Shown in pieces: positions 11,503-24,634 of a stretch of 64,000 bases of DNA. The position numbers were made by a program, and so were the translations under genes. Location of the stretch: NCBI GenBank assembly GCA_010093605.1, contig MU004190.1, forward strand, positions 868,001-932,000. Direction: 5' to 3'. The notes beneath the pieces were generated by a model. That model had not been told where the DNA came from and searched no databases. It was given only the letters and a program-made list of their open reading frames with translations. Each line of letters opens with the position of its first letter. Within the stretch, counting starts at the first letter, position 1. The DNA comes from Lophium mytilinum. Lineage: Eukaryota.

Positions 11503-13677
11503 ATGTGTTTTGCATGAAAGAGTTAGTTGGATTGTTAGGGGCAGGTTGGCCGGTCACGATGGTGCGGGTGTTCATTTCTGGCCGTTTGTGAAGGCTGCAT
11601 TTATTGTCTATTTTGGAATTGGGCGGCGATGCGATCGAGCGGGTCTAGCGTTAAGCGGTCTGCGAGAGAGCGGAAGCGTTGTTTTTCCTGCGCGGGTGGG
11701 TGGTGGGCGATGTTAGGGTATATATGGCTTGTTTTTTCGAATGGAAAATCTGTTAAAATCAAATGCCCTACTTCTTCGACTTGGTGGTATTGCGACTTGT
11801 TGTTATTGTTAGTAGTCTAAAAGGGGTAGTGGTGTTGCGGATGGAGGTCAGGTTAACGTCGTGGAACCCTCCCGGCGGGTGCGCAAAACCACGTTGCGTT
11901 CCTTCCCTGTGGGACGTGGAATGCTGTGGTTCTGGTTCCATTGCCAAACCAAAAGCATCTTGCTATGTTCTCCTGAACCCCAGCAGAACCAAGGTTCATA
12001 ATCCCCCTAACCGTTCGCAACCACGAACACTGAACCACGGTTCACTTCTCCAAACCCGTGCTCCCTTGGTCCCTGAACTCCGCTCCCTTTCCACCCATCC
12101 TACCCACATCATCACTTCCGCTCACGGCACCCACCCAAGAATAGCCCTCGCCCACAGAGCCGAAGGATGAGGGATGCCGTGACATGTACAGGGGCATGGG
12201 GCTGGGGACGGGGGTGGATGTATAAATATATTACCTCGCACAGCCTCATCCCAACACGCCCGGGTACGCAAACGTCAGCGTTCGGGGGATACTGCTTTTG
12301 TCTTTTTCTCCTTTTTGGTTTTCTTTTCCATGTTACCGGATCCTAGCTGTGGTGGTTATGGGTGGGGGGGAGTGATGCGAGTCTGTTCTTCTCGTGCTGT
12401 GGATGGGTGTTCGATGAGGAATTAACACTCACGCACTGTAGCACAACCCAGCCGCGCACCACGACACAGGACACGTCACTTATATACGCTACGTTTGCAT
12501 CGTCGGTAACCGTTCGAGGGGGTTGGGGTAGCACGGCGGGGGAGGACTTGCCCGTTGGATGCTTCGATTCTATCTCGTACCACCATTCCAACGCCAGAAG
12601 TTGTCGAGAGACTGCACGCCGTACTGCACTAGCTACCGCGCTTTTCGTGCTTCTAGAAGTCTACGGATTCGGGATTGGGTTTGAGATGTCTGAGTAGGGT
12701 CCGATCTGGCTTCTATGCGCTGACGGAACAGCTATTCAGTCCAAACCTTAAAACCTCCGCTTCCAGCATGCGTATGCGCCCAAACAAGACAACCCCACTA
12801 ACAGCGCACGACTCTTCCACAAGACGTCTCTAGTTCGACTTCAATCTTAAGACGACGAAGCTCGTGTGCGCCTGCAACCATCCCCTCCTTCCCTCTTCCC
12901 CAGCACGAGAGACTAAACTCCAGGAAAACTACTACACTAAAGCAACCGATCTGTGCTACATCCCATCAACACCTCTAACACAACCTCCCTTCCTATTTCT
13001 CTCCTCCGTGAATCATCAATGCTTTGAACGCCTTACAAGCTTGAGAGCGTATGTAGAATCCCACGCGTCTCCCCAACGCAGGCAAACTCACTCGTTCCCC
13101 GCAAAATGAAAACATTCTGCAGTCATTGGCCCTCCTGCATTTTGGTGACGAAGCGCGGCGTAGTAGAGACATGCGTTGCGCGGCGTGTTGCGTAAGATTT
13201 AGGAAGGTCGGGAGGTTTTAAGATGAGGGCTGCGTCACCTCCATCAACTACCCTCGTGATATATCAATCCTGACACTAGTCCTCCGTACGGTGACTATTC
13301 TGCATCAATTCACATCAACTTGCAAAATCCGAGATGGAGTCGCTCAAACGCTTTTCATAGCTATCTCAGAGACAGCGCCGCTGGGCACCATCCCTCCCCT
13401 CCCCTTCCCCTATCCACTCTACCCCCCAGGTATCAAAATCACCCAGCCCGTAGGCCGAGCCCAAAACTAAGAAAAAATGCTTCCGCTTCTCGCTCGCACA
13501 TAAAGAGGAAAACAGACGAAGGTATCCTATCAAAAGCCGCCGCGCCACATGATGCATGAAATAAAGTCGTAAAAACCCCTGCCTAGACCAGCTGCCAGGC
13601 CCTCTAGTGCTTCCGATCCAACCCACGTCTCCTCTTCGATCATCCAGGAAGAAAAGATCGAAGTGGGACGGGTCGGA

Positions 13678-15954
13678 CTACCACTCCCGCGCATGCGTCT
13701 TGGAATAGTATCCGTCAACAACGTCATCGTAGCTTGGTTGTCGCTGTGGCTGTTGCTGCATCGGCCCCGCGGTCTGGCTCCTCGCTGGTTGTGTCCACCC
13801 AGGCTGCTGGAGTGGTGCTGTCGCGCTCCGCTGCGGTGGCACAGACCCCGGCCCGCGGTTTGGCAGCGGGTTCGACGCCTCGCGGCGCTGGATGGCGGCT
13901 TGCAGGACTGAAGGGAGAGCGGCGGCGTTAGGGTTGGAGCGAGGGGGAGGGGTGGCGCTGTACGGGACGTAGCCGTTTGCGCCGTTGTTCGGGGGTGTTG
14001 GGATCCCGGGGATCAGGCTTGGGAGCGGGCCTTGCTGTGCGGGTGTAGGCGCTCGGAAGGGGTCGTAGTCATCGGTGCCTTGGTACGGGTTTTGGGGTTG
14101 GCTGCGCTGTTGCTGGTGGCCCGGGCCAACGGGGGAGATGTCAACGGGGCTCATCTCGTAGGCAGGGCCTTGAGCTGGAGCGCGGCGGTCGAAGGGGGAG
14201 AAGCCAGGGTCGGCGAGGGGAGAAGGGCCTGGGCCACGGCGGCTTGCGGTGCTGAAGGCGGTGTTTGAGCGTGGTGGTTGGCCTGGGCGGGAGTCGGTGG
14301 CACTCATGGGAGAAGGTGAGTTGCGGCCATCCGAAGTGTAGTTGGTGTTGATGCGGGATGGAGGACCGAAGGAGTTCTCCGGTCGCATGGGCATGCCGTT
14401 GGAGGGTGCTGGAGAGCTTCGGCCTTGGGACGTGGGGGAGTATGGACGCTGAGGGCCTGGTGATCCCGTCATTCCCTTGTTCATCAGAGGCCTTGAGAAG
14501 TAGTCGGCATTCCGATCTAGTGGAGGCAGTGACGGAGCAGGCGAAGCTGATCGACCTCCGTATCCCATGTCGCTCGATTGGCTAAGAAGAGGTGCATTGG
14601 AGCCGTAGCTAACATTTGAATATGCGGATGATTGGGTCTCCGACCGTGACGGCGGCATAGGTCGCTTGACGTCCTCTGGGAAGGACGGCAAGGTAGGTGC
14701 TCTCGACGCTCCAGTCCTGCTAGTATTCATGGTATTGCTCCGAGAGGTGTACGGCGGTAGAGTAGTCGTTGTCTCCACCGAATATATGGAGTCTTTGTCG
14801 CCGTCGCTGCTGAGAACTGGCAGCGTAGGTACTCGCTGAGGCTGATCTGGTCGACCGCCTGTTTTCATCGACTTCTGCTCCTCTTTCCTACGCTTGGCAT
14901 CCTGCTTCTCCAATGCCTTCTTAACCTTCTTACCAACAATACGATCTAGACGAGCGTCAATTTTTCGTTTCAGGTATATCGACAGCCTCCCATCGCTACT
15001 CGGGATGTAATGCCACAAGAACATTACATAAAGTACGACGGCAACCAAGAGCGATAAAGCTGCTATCACCCAAACGACGAGCGTAAACAACATGGAGCCG
15101 TAGACAGCCACTTCTGTCCGGTTGTTTTGGGCAAGATGTGAGAGGTTGATGAAAAATTGTTGAAAGTTGGAATGGCCATCAGTAGATTTGTTTTGTCCAT
15201 TGGGGATCAGGCTGGCTTGCATGACCGCCCATAGAGTAAGGGCATTGATGACCGCTCGAGGTCCTTCGGCTACGATTATGACAAGAGCACCTGCAAGTCC
15301 ATGTTAGCAACGTGCTAAAGCACAAGATCTAGAGGAACAAACCTTTGAACTGGAAGTACACAAAAAGCGCAATATAGTCGGTGCCCTTTTTGCTCTTGGT
15401 CAATTCGGCAAAGACGAGGAAACGCCTCCATCCTTGGCCTCCTGGATTGACGCGCATGCTCTGGATGACAACAGCAAGAGGGTCGAGATAGCAATTGGCA
15501 ACACCGCCAGAACGGATGACCCTATACGCCCGAATCCAATCGAATGCTAGCAGCACGTATGAGGCGATGATGCTGCCAACAAAGATCCATTTGGCAATGT
15601 CGATGGGAATCGTCGGCTTGATCTCGCTAGACCATTTGTTGAAGGCGAGTAAACTGATTGCGGTAAAGCCATCGGAGACATAGGCGCCAGCCATGATGAA
15701 GGAAAGAAGCCATAGCCAGCCATAGGAGAGGGGAGTAAGGCATGAGGAACGGTGGAAGTCATCGAGGGTCTAGTCAAGTTAGCAGATGATCAATTGATAC
15801 ATGCAGGACGAATAGCATGAATGCTCAATTGCCGGAACTCTAGAGCCCTTGTCTTTCTAATAGCACTTATTTCAAGATAATAACGTACAATGTAATCCCA
15901 CTTCTGCTCCTCGGTCACGATGAGACCCTTCTCGCGGTCTCCACAGCAGCCCAT
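13678..15954 (-). CDS. KCH1: Kch1/Prm6-family low-affinity K+ transporter (vacuolar/pheromone-regulated membrane protein). Exons 15954-15889, 15769-15343, 15290-13678.
   Basis: MGCCGDREK..EEQKWDYI|TLDDF, GWRRFLVFAELTKSKKGTDYIALFVYFQFK|GALVIIVAEGPRAVINALTL and LFLWHYIP-like motifs, followed by a long P/S-rich cytoplasmic tail. Confidence 0.88.
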
Positions 15955-17849
15955 GATGAGAGTTGTTTGGTATTATTAGGTATATGAATCCGGTCCACGG
16001 CAATCGTCGGGGATTAGGCCAGCTCAGCTGGGCGTCGACTGGCGACGTCGTTGGTAAAGAGGGTGCGGTGCGCGTGGTCGTCAAGACATCCAGTCGCGAC
16101 GGATGGTAGATGGTGTGCAATGCTTTTGTGGTGACAGTCCAGCTGTTCACCGCCAGCAAAAGTGGTGATGGAAGACGGCGGTCAGGTGTTCTTGAGGTTC
16201 CAAGAGTAGAAGTTTGGCGCGCAAGGAGTGTGTGTCGGAGTTGGCAAGTCTAGAGAATGTGCATAATGGGGCGGATTCCTGGAGCGTGGCTGGTTTGATG
16301 CGCCCTATGCCCGCAGATGTTTCGAGGAGCCGTGTGTTGATGGCTGCTGAATGGAGCGGGTGTTTGCCAATGGGACAATAAGCGCGGTATGGTATTGTGT
16401 CGTCTGGTGAATAGCGGTGGGTGGGACGCAATGGAGCGGGTGGTGAAGGAGCGGCGGGTCCGGCTTCTCAGTGTCGGAACAGAAGCAGCGCAAAGCAAAC
16501 TGTAGGTCAAATGCGCAGCATCGAGACAGCGGGTGGGTTCACAGGCGTCTATGCGATTGACATAGCGGGCGCTGAGGGGTGTTGTGGCTGCGGTGGGTGT
16601 TGGGAGCAAAAGGAGAGGCCGTGGTAGTACAGGGTCCAGCGGAACACGCTCGGATGCCTCCGCGTTTGAGATCAACCCACAGCCAGCCCGCTCGCCAATC
16701 AGCCCGCAGCCTCCCCTTTGCTGAGAGGCCATCCGGCTGCCAAAGTGGGCGTGTTCCTGCGCAAGGCCTGCTTCAAGAGGCCCGGGGTCCCCGCCCTGGC
16801 CAAACCGCTGACAGGCTGGCCGAGAGATTGGGGACAAATCTGAGACCTGCCGTGTCCACCACTCTTTTCGCGACAGATATGAGGAGCACAAGCGCCTACC
16901 TACATCTCACTACCCGTCGACTATTTCCATACTTCAGAACAGACGCCAGAACGCAAGGCGGCGAGGACTTGTACGCCGCCTCCGCTACTTGTGGCGTGCC
17001 TCGGGAATCTGGACATCACCATTACGCCCCAACGTTTGAGGTTTAGGATGCGCAAATCCCGCCTCAGCTCAGCCCACTGTGGATCGAGAAGGTGAGGCGC
17101 ATGTATCAGCCGCTAAAGCTATTTCGATGCCATCTTTGCACGTCATCTGTCACGCGATGGTAGCTTTCGTAGATCTCAGGGTAAAAATCTCATAGAAACT
17201 AAATTTACTTGTTCAGATTCTCCTTGCCCACTAAACCTCATTTATGTTCATTTTCCCCGTTGGAAAGCATCTCAATCTTAACCTGGATTTGAATCCCGCT
17301 CTGACTTCGCCTGCATAAAATCATTTTTTCTTTGTTTTGCTCCTCCCTCTAATTCACCATCTTATCTCTATTAGCTTCCATTCTAACTTCTTCGTTCTTT
17401 TCATTTTCTAGCACCATTGTCGAGGTCGCTCTGACAGTCGCAAAGAGATGGTAAAATGCTAGAAGGCAGTCACTGGCTCTTAGCTTCCGGAAAACAGGCA
17501 TAGGTGATAAGCAGACATTTCAAAAAGAGGTTAAGACATGTAGAACTTAAGGCTCATTCGACACCTTTGGAAACGACATAAGTTCTCCAATGCGCACTAG
17601 GCAATGGGGGGCCTCCTGACAGTGCTAGGCTACAAGCAGTCACGACGAAGGCCGTGTCTGGTTCAAAGGTCTGCAGGCAAACATGAGTTTTCTCCAATGA
17701 GTAATAAATCAAGTGAGGCTAACGCATGTGTAGGCTGTGTGGCCTTTTCATAGACTTGGATAAAGGGTTATTGTAAAAAGTATCAGAACCTCTATACGGC
17801 CCTTCCTCAATGCCCTATCTTGACCTTCAAAAACGTGTAATGATGGTAC

Positions 17850-17982
17850 AGCATGTCCATGCGCCGTTCGATGTCCTCCGCTAGCCACCAGTTTAGCATC
17901 TTTGTACGACACGGTGATATGGTCGGCTTCGACCCTCTTACCACATTTCTTCACAACTATCAACTTGGACATCGCCGTTACT
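17850..17982 (-). pseudogene. Partial second copy of the HGY-family core domain
   Basis: Encodes TAMSKLIVVKKCGKRVEADHITVSYKDAKLVASGGHRTAHGH, a direct repeat of about 18195-18330. No matching N-terminal exon seen. Confidence 0.65.
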
Positions 17983-18042
17983 GATGACAGTTCATATACC
18001 CAAGAAACCAATCGTAGCATGACAAGGACTCGCCGTCGCTCT

Positions 18043-19035
18043 TCAGAACGGAGGGTTACTGAGGTCGATATCCATAGTGGTCGAGTCCATGATCCTAGGC
18101 CATCGGTCCTTATGCTCACGACGATGCCGCGCGTCATCGTCATGCGGCCAGCCATCCGATGTCGCATCAATGACCTCGAACGACCTCGGGCCTTCCACAT
18201 ACCCATGAGCCGTGATGTGTTTGCGGCGAGCCACCAGTTCAGCGTTTTTGTAAGACACGGTAATGTGGTCCGCCTCGACCGTCTCACCATGTTTGTTCAC
18301 GACTAGCAACTTGGACATCGGGGTTGCTCTTGACTGGTGAATTGGCCCGCTGGGATGCGTTACCTTGTGTTTTGATGCAAGATTAGGTCGGGGACAAACA
18401 TACCGAATCATCATGGTTCGCACACTCTTGTCCAGGAATTGCAGCGTGTAGAAAGCGGCTTTTGTCAAGCCAGCCTTTTGTCTTGGAAGGGGCGTCCCCT
18501 CGTACCAAAAGAAGACGAACTGTTGGATGTTTGGGGCGCGGGGAGGGGCGCGCAAAGGGACTACTGCAGCCAGAGGAGGTGCGCGCAAAGGGACGACTGC
18601 GGCCTGCGGTCGTGCTGGACCGTATAACACAACTTGTCCATGCTGGTCGTAGCCGGATACGGCCTCGTGCTGCTGTTGGGCTGGCTCTTCTTCTTGCCCA
18701 TACTCCTCATTTCCGACAGGTTGACGGGAAAACGTGGGAATCTGCCTCGACAACATGGTCGGCTGCCCATACCCCGCCTGCGGGTACTGTATTTGGTTGT
18801 ATTGGCTGGACATGGCTGGTTGATAGCCAGGCTCGAACGGCTCGAATGTCGGTCGTCGTTGATCCTGGCTCGAAGGACCAAACGAAACATGTTGGCCATT
18901 TGTGGAGTATTCACGCATCAGGGATGTTATTGTGATAGGCATAGGAGGACGCCCATCTTGTTGAAGATGTAGTCCATGTTGTGCGGTCCAGTGCAACGGC
19001 TGCTGAAGCAAGTCGTTCGGGTTCAACCGTGACAT
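18043..19035 (-). CDS. Uncharacterised HGY-family protein 1, about 312 aa, with a Q/P-rich N-terminus. Exons 19035-18404 and 18349-18043.
   Basis: Long ORF. An in-frame 54-nt intron GTATGT(18403)..CAG(18350) gives VRTMMIR^GPIH..DHITVSYK..HITAHGY..WPHDDD..WP. Probable upstream 5' intron at 19122-19071. Confidence 0.75.
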   Translation of the reverse strand: MSRLNPNDLLQQPLHWTAQHGLHLQQDGRPPMPITITSLMREYSTNGQHVSFGPSSQDQRRPTFEPFEPGYQPAMSSQYNQIQYPQAGYGQPTMLSRQIPTFSRQPVGNEEYGQEEEPAQQQHEAVSGYDQHGQVVLYGPARPQAAVVPLRAPPLAAVVPLRAPPRAPNIQQFVFFWYEGTPLPRQKAGLTKAAFYTLQFLDKSVRTMMIRYVCPRPNLASKHKVTHPSGPIHQSRATPMSKLLVVNKHGETVEADHITVSYKNAELVARRKHITAHGYVEGPRSFEVIDATSDGWPHDDDARHRREHKDRWPRIMDSTTMDIDLSNPPF

Positions 19036-20069
19036 TCTGGAAGTTGCACCATCGGATATCTGTTTCAGGGCTGGCAATTGTCAGAACTAGGTGAGCATAT
19101 AATATGTTGATGGTTGACTGACCTAGATTGACGATACACAGGAAGTCCACAGATCAAGTGCGCTCGCTAACTAAGAAAGCTCGTTCTCCAATTCCTGGGT
19201 TCATTCCAGCAATGTGGAGAGCTAGAGTGGATAACTGAAACTTCGATATGTTGTCGAGTATAGAAGAATGCTAAGCGCTGCAGATCATCCAATACGTTAC
19301 CGCGACGGAAACGTGAGAGCTGGGTAGTTGTTCTCCCGTCGAGTGATGTTGTCGTTCTTCTGTAAGGTAGGCGACAGCTTGATTAAGAGAGTTGTAGAGT
19401 CGTGGACCAAATGGTGAACGGTACTTAAGTAATGGGGGCAACGGCAGCCGCTGGCCATAGGATCCAGCTATGGCTGGCATCAGAATCTCGTCGAATATTG
19501 TGGCTGTTGACCGCGAGCGAAAATGCTTGGCTGCCATCTCTGTGGTGAATAAAGACGCTGCAAATTCCGCTCAAATTACACCATAAGTAAACGCCTCATT
19601 CTTCCAGCAATCATTGGCTCGGGGAGTAGATATAGTCAACGGTATATGGAGAGGTACTTGATATGAAGACGCCCATCCCAAGCCAGACTAGCACCCCATA
19701 TATAGGTAACATCCAAAGTTTGTCGGATGATTGCCCCCATTTGCTCGTCAGGTCACTTCGATTACACCAAACTTTTCTCAACATCCATCATGTACTTCTG
19801 AACTTTCTCGGGGGTTCAGAAGAGTTCTCTAATTTCCAGAGCCCCCCAGTGAATTTTGAGGAGACGAAGTACTTGTTCAAGTCGTCAGGCCAAATTCGCA
19901 CTGCCGCGAACGAGAAGCCAAAAAAGCACCTCGCGGGAACAACAACTTTACCACCACCTCACCATCCCCTCTGGCGCAGCTCAGATCTCACACCCTGAAG
20001 CTCTCATCAACCTAAGTCCGCATCAATCACGAAAATCGGTTCTTCAAGGTTCCAGAGCAGCCGCCCAGC

Positions 20070-21606
20070 ATGAGTGCTCTGCAGAAATTACACTTCGTGT
20101 ATAAGCAAGCAATGGAGGAGGGCGCAGAGTGGCTCGAAGGCTACCAGTCCGGAGGGTTCCATCCTACCCTCCTCGGCGAGTACTATCACGAGGGTCGCTA
20201 TAAGGTTATCCATAAGCTCGGCCATGGCAGCTACTCTACCGTTTGGCTCGCTTGCGATACCGTTGATAGGAAGAATGTGGCCTTGAAGATCCTAAGCGCT
20301 GACAGGCCCTCCCGCAACCGCGAAACCGAGATCATGCGCCTCCTCACATCCGAGAAAACGAAGGATCAGGGTAAGAAGCATCCGGGTAGCGCTTACGTTT
20401 TGTCGATCCTGGATGAGTTCTTCATTGAGGGTCCGAATGGGAAGCATCTTTGCGTAGTCACGCCCCTCGCAGGAGGCAGTGTATCCTTCTCAAAAGAATG
20501 CGCTCGGGAAAGCCCAGGGAAGTTCCCTCTCTCTGCATCGAGATCAATCGTAGCTCAGATCGCTCTTGGTCTTGAGTATATTCACTCCTGCGGCATTGTC
20601 CATGGTGGTAAGTGTTAAACTATTCATTACCTGGTGAGCAGTCAAACCAACCCCTTGACTCCATCGGAAAGCCGTTAGCTAACATTCAATAGATCTGCAT
20701 TGCAACAACATCTTCCTAGAGATTCCGGGCCTAGATACTGTCTCCGAGACCGAGATTTACTCGTACATCGGCGAACCTCGAAAGTTCCCCATCGAACGCG
20801 TAGACGACCTTCTCCTCGGACCCGAGACCCCAGCCTACTATGTGTTACCAGCCATGATTGAACTGATCAGCGATGAAACAGTCCACAACCCCAAGATTGT
20901 CATTGGTGACTTTGGCGAAGCTTACTTCTCCACAGACGCCCGAGACCGCGGTTACCTAAACACTCCTATCAAACTCCGTCCCCCGGAAGCTTTCTTTAAC
21001 GAATACCTCGGGGCCAAAGTTGACGTGTGGACGCTGGCATGCACAGCCTTTGAAATACTTGGCACGCATGGGCTTTTTACTGAGGAGGAAGACTTGTGCA
21101 TTGCTGAGATGATAAACCACTTAGGTCCGCTTCCAGAGAGGTGGTGGGAGACGTGGGAGGCTAAGGATGAGTTTTTCTATCCGAGCGGCGCTCCTAGGGA
21201 TATCCCTCAGTTCAAGTCATTGGCTGAGCACATGCTGGCGATGGGGCGAGGCCAAACTCCCGAGGCTTCCGAGTTCAGCAAGGATGAATTCATCGCTCTG
21301 GAAATCCTCTTCAAGAAGATGCTCACGTACGAGTCCGTTGATAGAATCACTTCCAGCGAAGTGGTGGCTTCGGACTGGATGCAGAACTGGGCGGTTGGGG
21401 ACTTGGCTGAACCAGCTCCTCGGCAAGCGTTGCAAGCACTCCTCGAGGGTTGCCGAGAGTTTGGCCCGATTTTTAAAGAGCAGGACAAGAAGTTCCTAGC
21501 CAAAGTGGCCAAGATGAAAGCTCAAAAAGCTAGGGCAAAATGGACAGAGCGCCAAGAGAATAAAGCGGAGGTGAGGGAGCCTCCAGACGAAGCTTCCTCT
21601 CATTGA
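20070..21606 (+). CDS. SRPK-like (CMGC) Ser/Thr protein kinase 1. Exons 20070-20607 and 20693-21606.
   Basis: YQSGGFHP, HKLGHGSYSTVWLA, VALKI, GPNGKHLC, HG^DLHCNNI, DFGEA, RPPE and DVWTLAC motifs. Confidence 0.92.
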
Positions 21607-22289
21607 TATTGAGCACCAGAGCTGGGCCTACGGAGACTGGAACTGGGATATCTTCACAGAAAGGTGGCGAAAAGGGAATAAGGCCCATGCTGGAACTCTG
21701 TGGTTTCAGCGATGAGGTAAGTATTCAGGGCATTCGCAGGTATGTATGCCATTAATCATTTTTGAATTTCTTTGCGATTCCGTACTTTGGTAGTAAGCAA
21801 TTCCGCATGGTAGCAAAAAGCAAGATCTCAGTATCACCGTGAGGTCCCCAAATCTTCAGATAATCTGTCAGTGTCAGTCTCATTCCGCCCCCCACTATCC
21901 ATTTTCTCTAGGTCCTTCGTATCCTGGCATTCCTTCGATCAATTTATCTTCTGGTCATAGTTTTGAGGACCTCCGAGGCTCCTGGGTTTCTACGATTGCC
22001 GCAGATGTGCCAGAAACCGATGTCTGATACAAAGTCTTCAGCAAAGACATCCATTAACGAGGAGGACATTTTCGTCGGCGACACCCGGGAGGTCGTAAAG
22101 AGGTGCTACGCGTACTATTCCCCAAGCTAAAAGAAATAGTTTAGCGGAATTCAGTGATAAGCCACAGACGCCTTCGAGGACTTAGGGATGTATATCATAG
22201 GGTACAATTATGGTTCTTGATTGTAGGCTCCTGAAACAACTTCTTCAATTGGAGGGTCGCATCTTATCGAATCTTCTAGCAGCTGGTTT

Positions 22290-22719
22290 ATGGCCTATAG
22301 GACTTCAATTTACAGCGCATTGAAGCAAGTTGATCGGAGGACCCCTTCCAGTCGCAAGAAGGTGAGAGTCCTCGCTGCATTAATCGCTAATTTGCGATCT
22401 ATAGGGTTACGTTGTGATCAGGTTCCAGAAATTGCTCGCAAGATCTCGGGCGCTGAATCCCCCTCTACCGGATTTGAAATGGGTAGGCAGGTCCAGGAAT
22501 ATCGCTGGAATCGCTCTAACAGTCGGAAAAAGACAGCAAAGGGCTAGGTTGGAAGATGAGATTCACGAATTACAGGAAATCACAGACAAATCCGAAGTCA
22601 GAATCTTACGGAGACAATATCGAAGGCCGCAGCACGTAGGCTTTCCAACTCCAAGCGGTCGGTGGAGGGAGTTCCGGCATTCCACGACTATGGACATCCA
22701 CGACAATGGCAGTGTCTAG
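22290..22719 (+). CDS. Possible small spliced gene or gene remnant (intron 22362-22404)
   Basis: GTGAGA..GCTAAT..TAG joins ORF 22290 in frame to ORF 22414 (RKK|GYVVIRFQKLL). Further intron-like signals upstream; no recognisable domain. Confidence 0.3.
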
Positions 22720-23062
22720 TTCACAAACATGCAGATGAAGGCAATGGTGTTTCAGTGATTGATGTAAGCCAAAGAGGCTCGTGCAATCAAAGCCACGTTG
22801 TAGGTAGGGTTGGGGTGCGTTGGGGAAGGGGTAGTGGGGCGTAGCTGATATTGTGCAGTAAGCAAAGGGGACTTTGAACCTGTCGTCCCTCGCCACCAAA
22901 GCCCACGCTCCGCGATCTAGATCCAGCACCTATTGGCCGCTCTGCCGTCGTCTAAGTCGTGAATAGTCGTGTCAGTATATCCGCCGTAGCTGCAGCCCTA
23001 CTCTCCTCTACCATGTGTGTATTATGTAGGAGGCAATAGCTCCTCAAAGGCCTTCGACACCC

Positions 23063-23784
23063 TCAATGGCTTTGTCCGTGTCTAGACGCGGCTCCCCTGA
23101 TCTGGCCTCCACGGCTTGCGGCACCAACGATCGAGTACCCGGGGTCGTCGTCGTCGTCTTCTTCGGGGACCCAAACCCTCTGATCTTCGAATTCAGTGAT
23201 GTTGAAGGTCCTGTCTTCGGTGTGATGGATCCTAGTCCCAGGTGCTGGCCACTCGCCGTTCTCGTCATCGTTGTGAGGGCCCCAAATTCGACGCTGCCCT
23301 ACATAAGGAGAATTCTGACCATTCGTATAACCATCCATACTCATGTGGGTATTGTCCAGGATATCGCGTCCCTCCTTGAGAGAAATCGTAATGAGCCGGC
23401 ATTCGTCATCAGACTCCCCGTGAGCTCTAGTGGCTCGGTGGGTGATACTCCTTAATGCACCGTTAGAAGACTTAAGAACGTAACGCCGACTTATCATCTC
23501 TATACAGTGGCAGGCCATAAGCTTTTACACACCGGTTTACCAGTGATTCGAGGACAAGGCACTTCAGACGACGACAGGCCAGCGTATATAGTTACATGAC
23601 TAAGCAAGAGCCTGACATACCTAATGCAGATCTCTCGAACGTCAGGAAACTGTTCTCTAGCCGTATTGAAAGCTGCCTCGGCGTTGATGCGGTTCTGATC
23701 AGCATCGCGCGGGGGTTGTTCGACCCATAGTAAGCGAACAGTGACTTGTCGTTGCACTGCTCGTTTCCTCATGGCCCAGGGCAT
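23063..23784 (-). CDS. Uncharacterised HGY-family protein 2, 183 aa, with two conserved His replaced. Exons 23784-23621 and 23450-23063.
   Basis: Intron GTATGT..CTAAC..AAG joins DVREICIR^SITH..RLITISLKE..MDGY..WGPHNDD..WP; acidic tail. Confidence 0.8.
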
Positions 23785-24634
23785 GATGCTGTCACGTTGA
23801 TTAGTTTTGATGATAGTCGAGCGATTTCTCCGCGCTGGTGCACGAACTTGTTCTTGGATTGGAATAGAGATCTGCTACCTGGAGGCTCGCACAAGTAAGC
23901 TCGAGCTGCTTGTAAGGTTTGCAGTTGCAATCTCTTGGCTTGACTTGAAGAAGTGTGAGTGAGGTTCAGGACCGACCTGATCTCCTAGCGTTACGAAAGG
24001 CCAACCGGCACACCGCTGGCCGCGAGCAGATCTTACCCTGCGTCAGTCTTCCAAGAACAGCAATTAGCCGCTACTCGTTAGGGCCTCATACTAGTGAGTG
24101 AATGTGTCCCAATATCAGCGTCACTTCATTAACGACGCTAGATCATTGACTACAACATAGGCTAAGGGTTTTATTCCACGACCATGGATACTCACGACAA
24201 TAACAGTGTCTAGTTATAAGCATATAAATGAAAGTTATGTTACTTCTGCTATTGATCTAGTATAAAGAGCCTGACTTAGAGTCATACTCAAGTCTCTGGA
24301 TATCGTAAAGGGGAGTAGGGGTATTATGAATCAGTGTAGTGGGTATAGGGGACCTTCAACCTGCCGCCTTTCGCTGCCAAGTTTCATACGCTGTAATGCA
24401 AATCCATAGCCTGTTGGCCTCTCTGCCGTCGTCCAGGTCGCAAGTCGTTGTCGTAAGTCGTCGTAAGTCATCGTCGTGAGACCATATCCGCCATCAACCC
24501 TGTTAACCTCTTTGCCGTCGTCCAGGTTAAGAATCGCCTCGTCGTATCCGCATAGCTTTCACCTATCCTCGTTGGCCAAAGTTGGGTCTTTGAAGCTGCA
24601 ATAGCTTCGCAAAGACCCTCAGATGTCGTGTTTG

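Noticed and set aside
22679..22705. STTMDI peptide shared between ORF 22414 and the HGY-1 C-terminus
   Set aside because: Six residues on opposite strands with no extension of similarity; likely coincidence.
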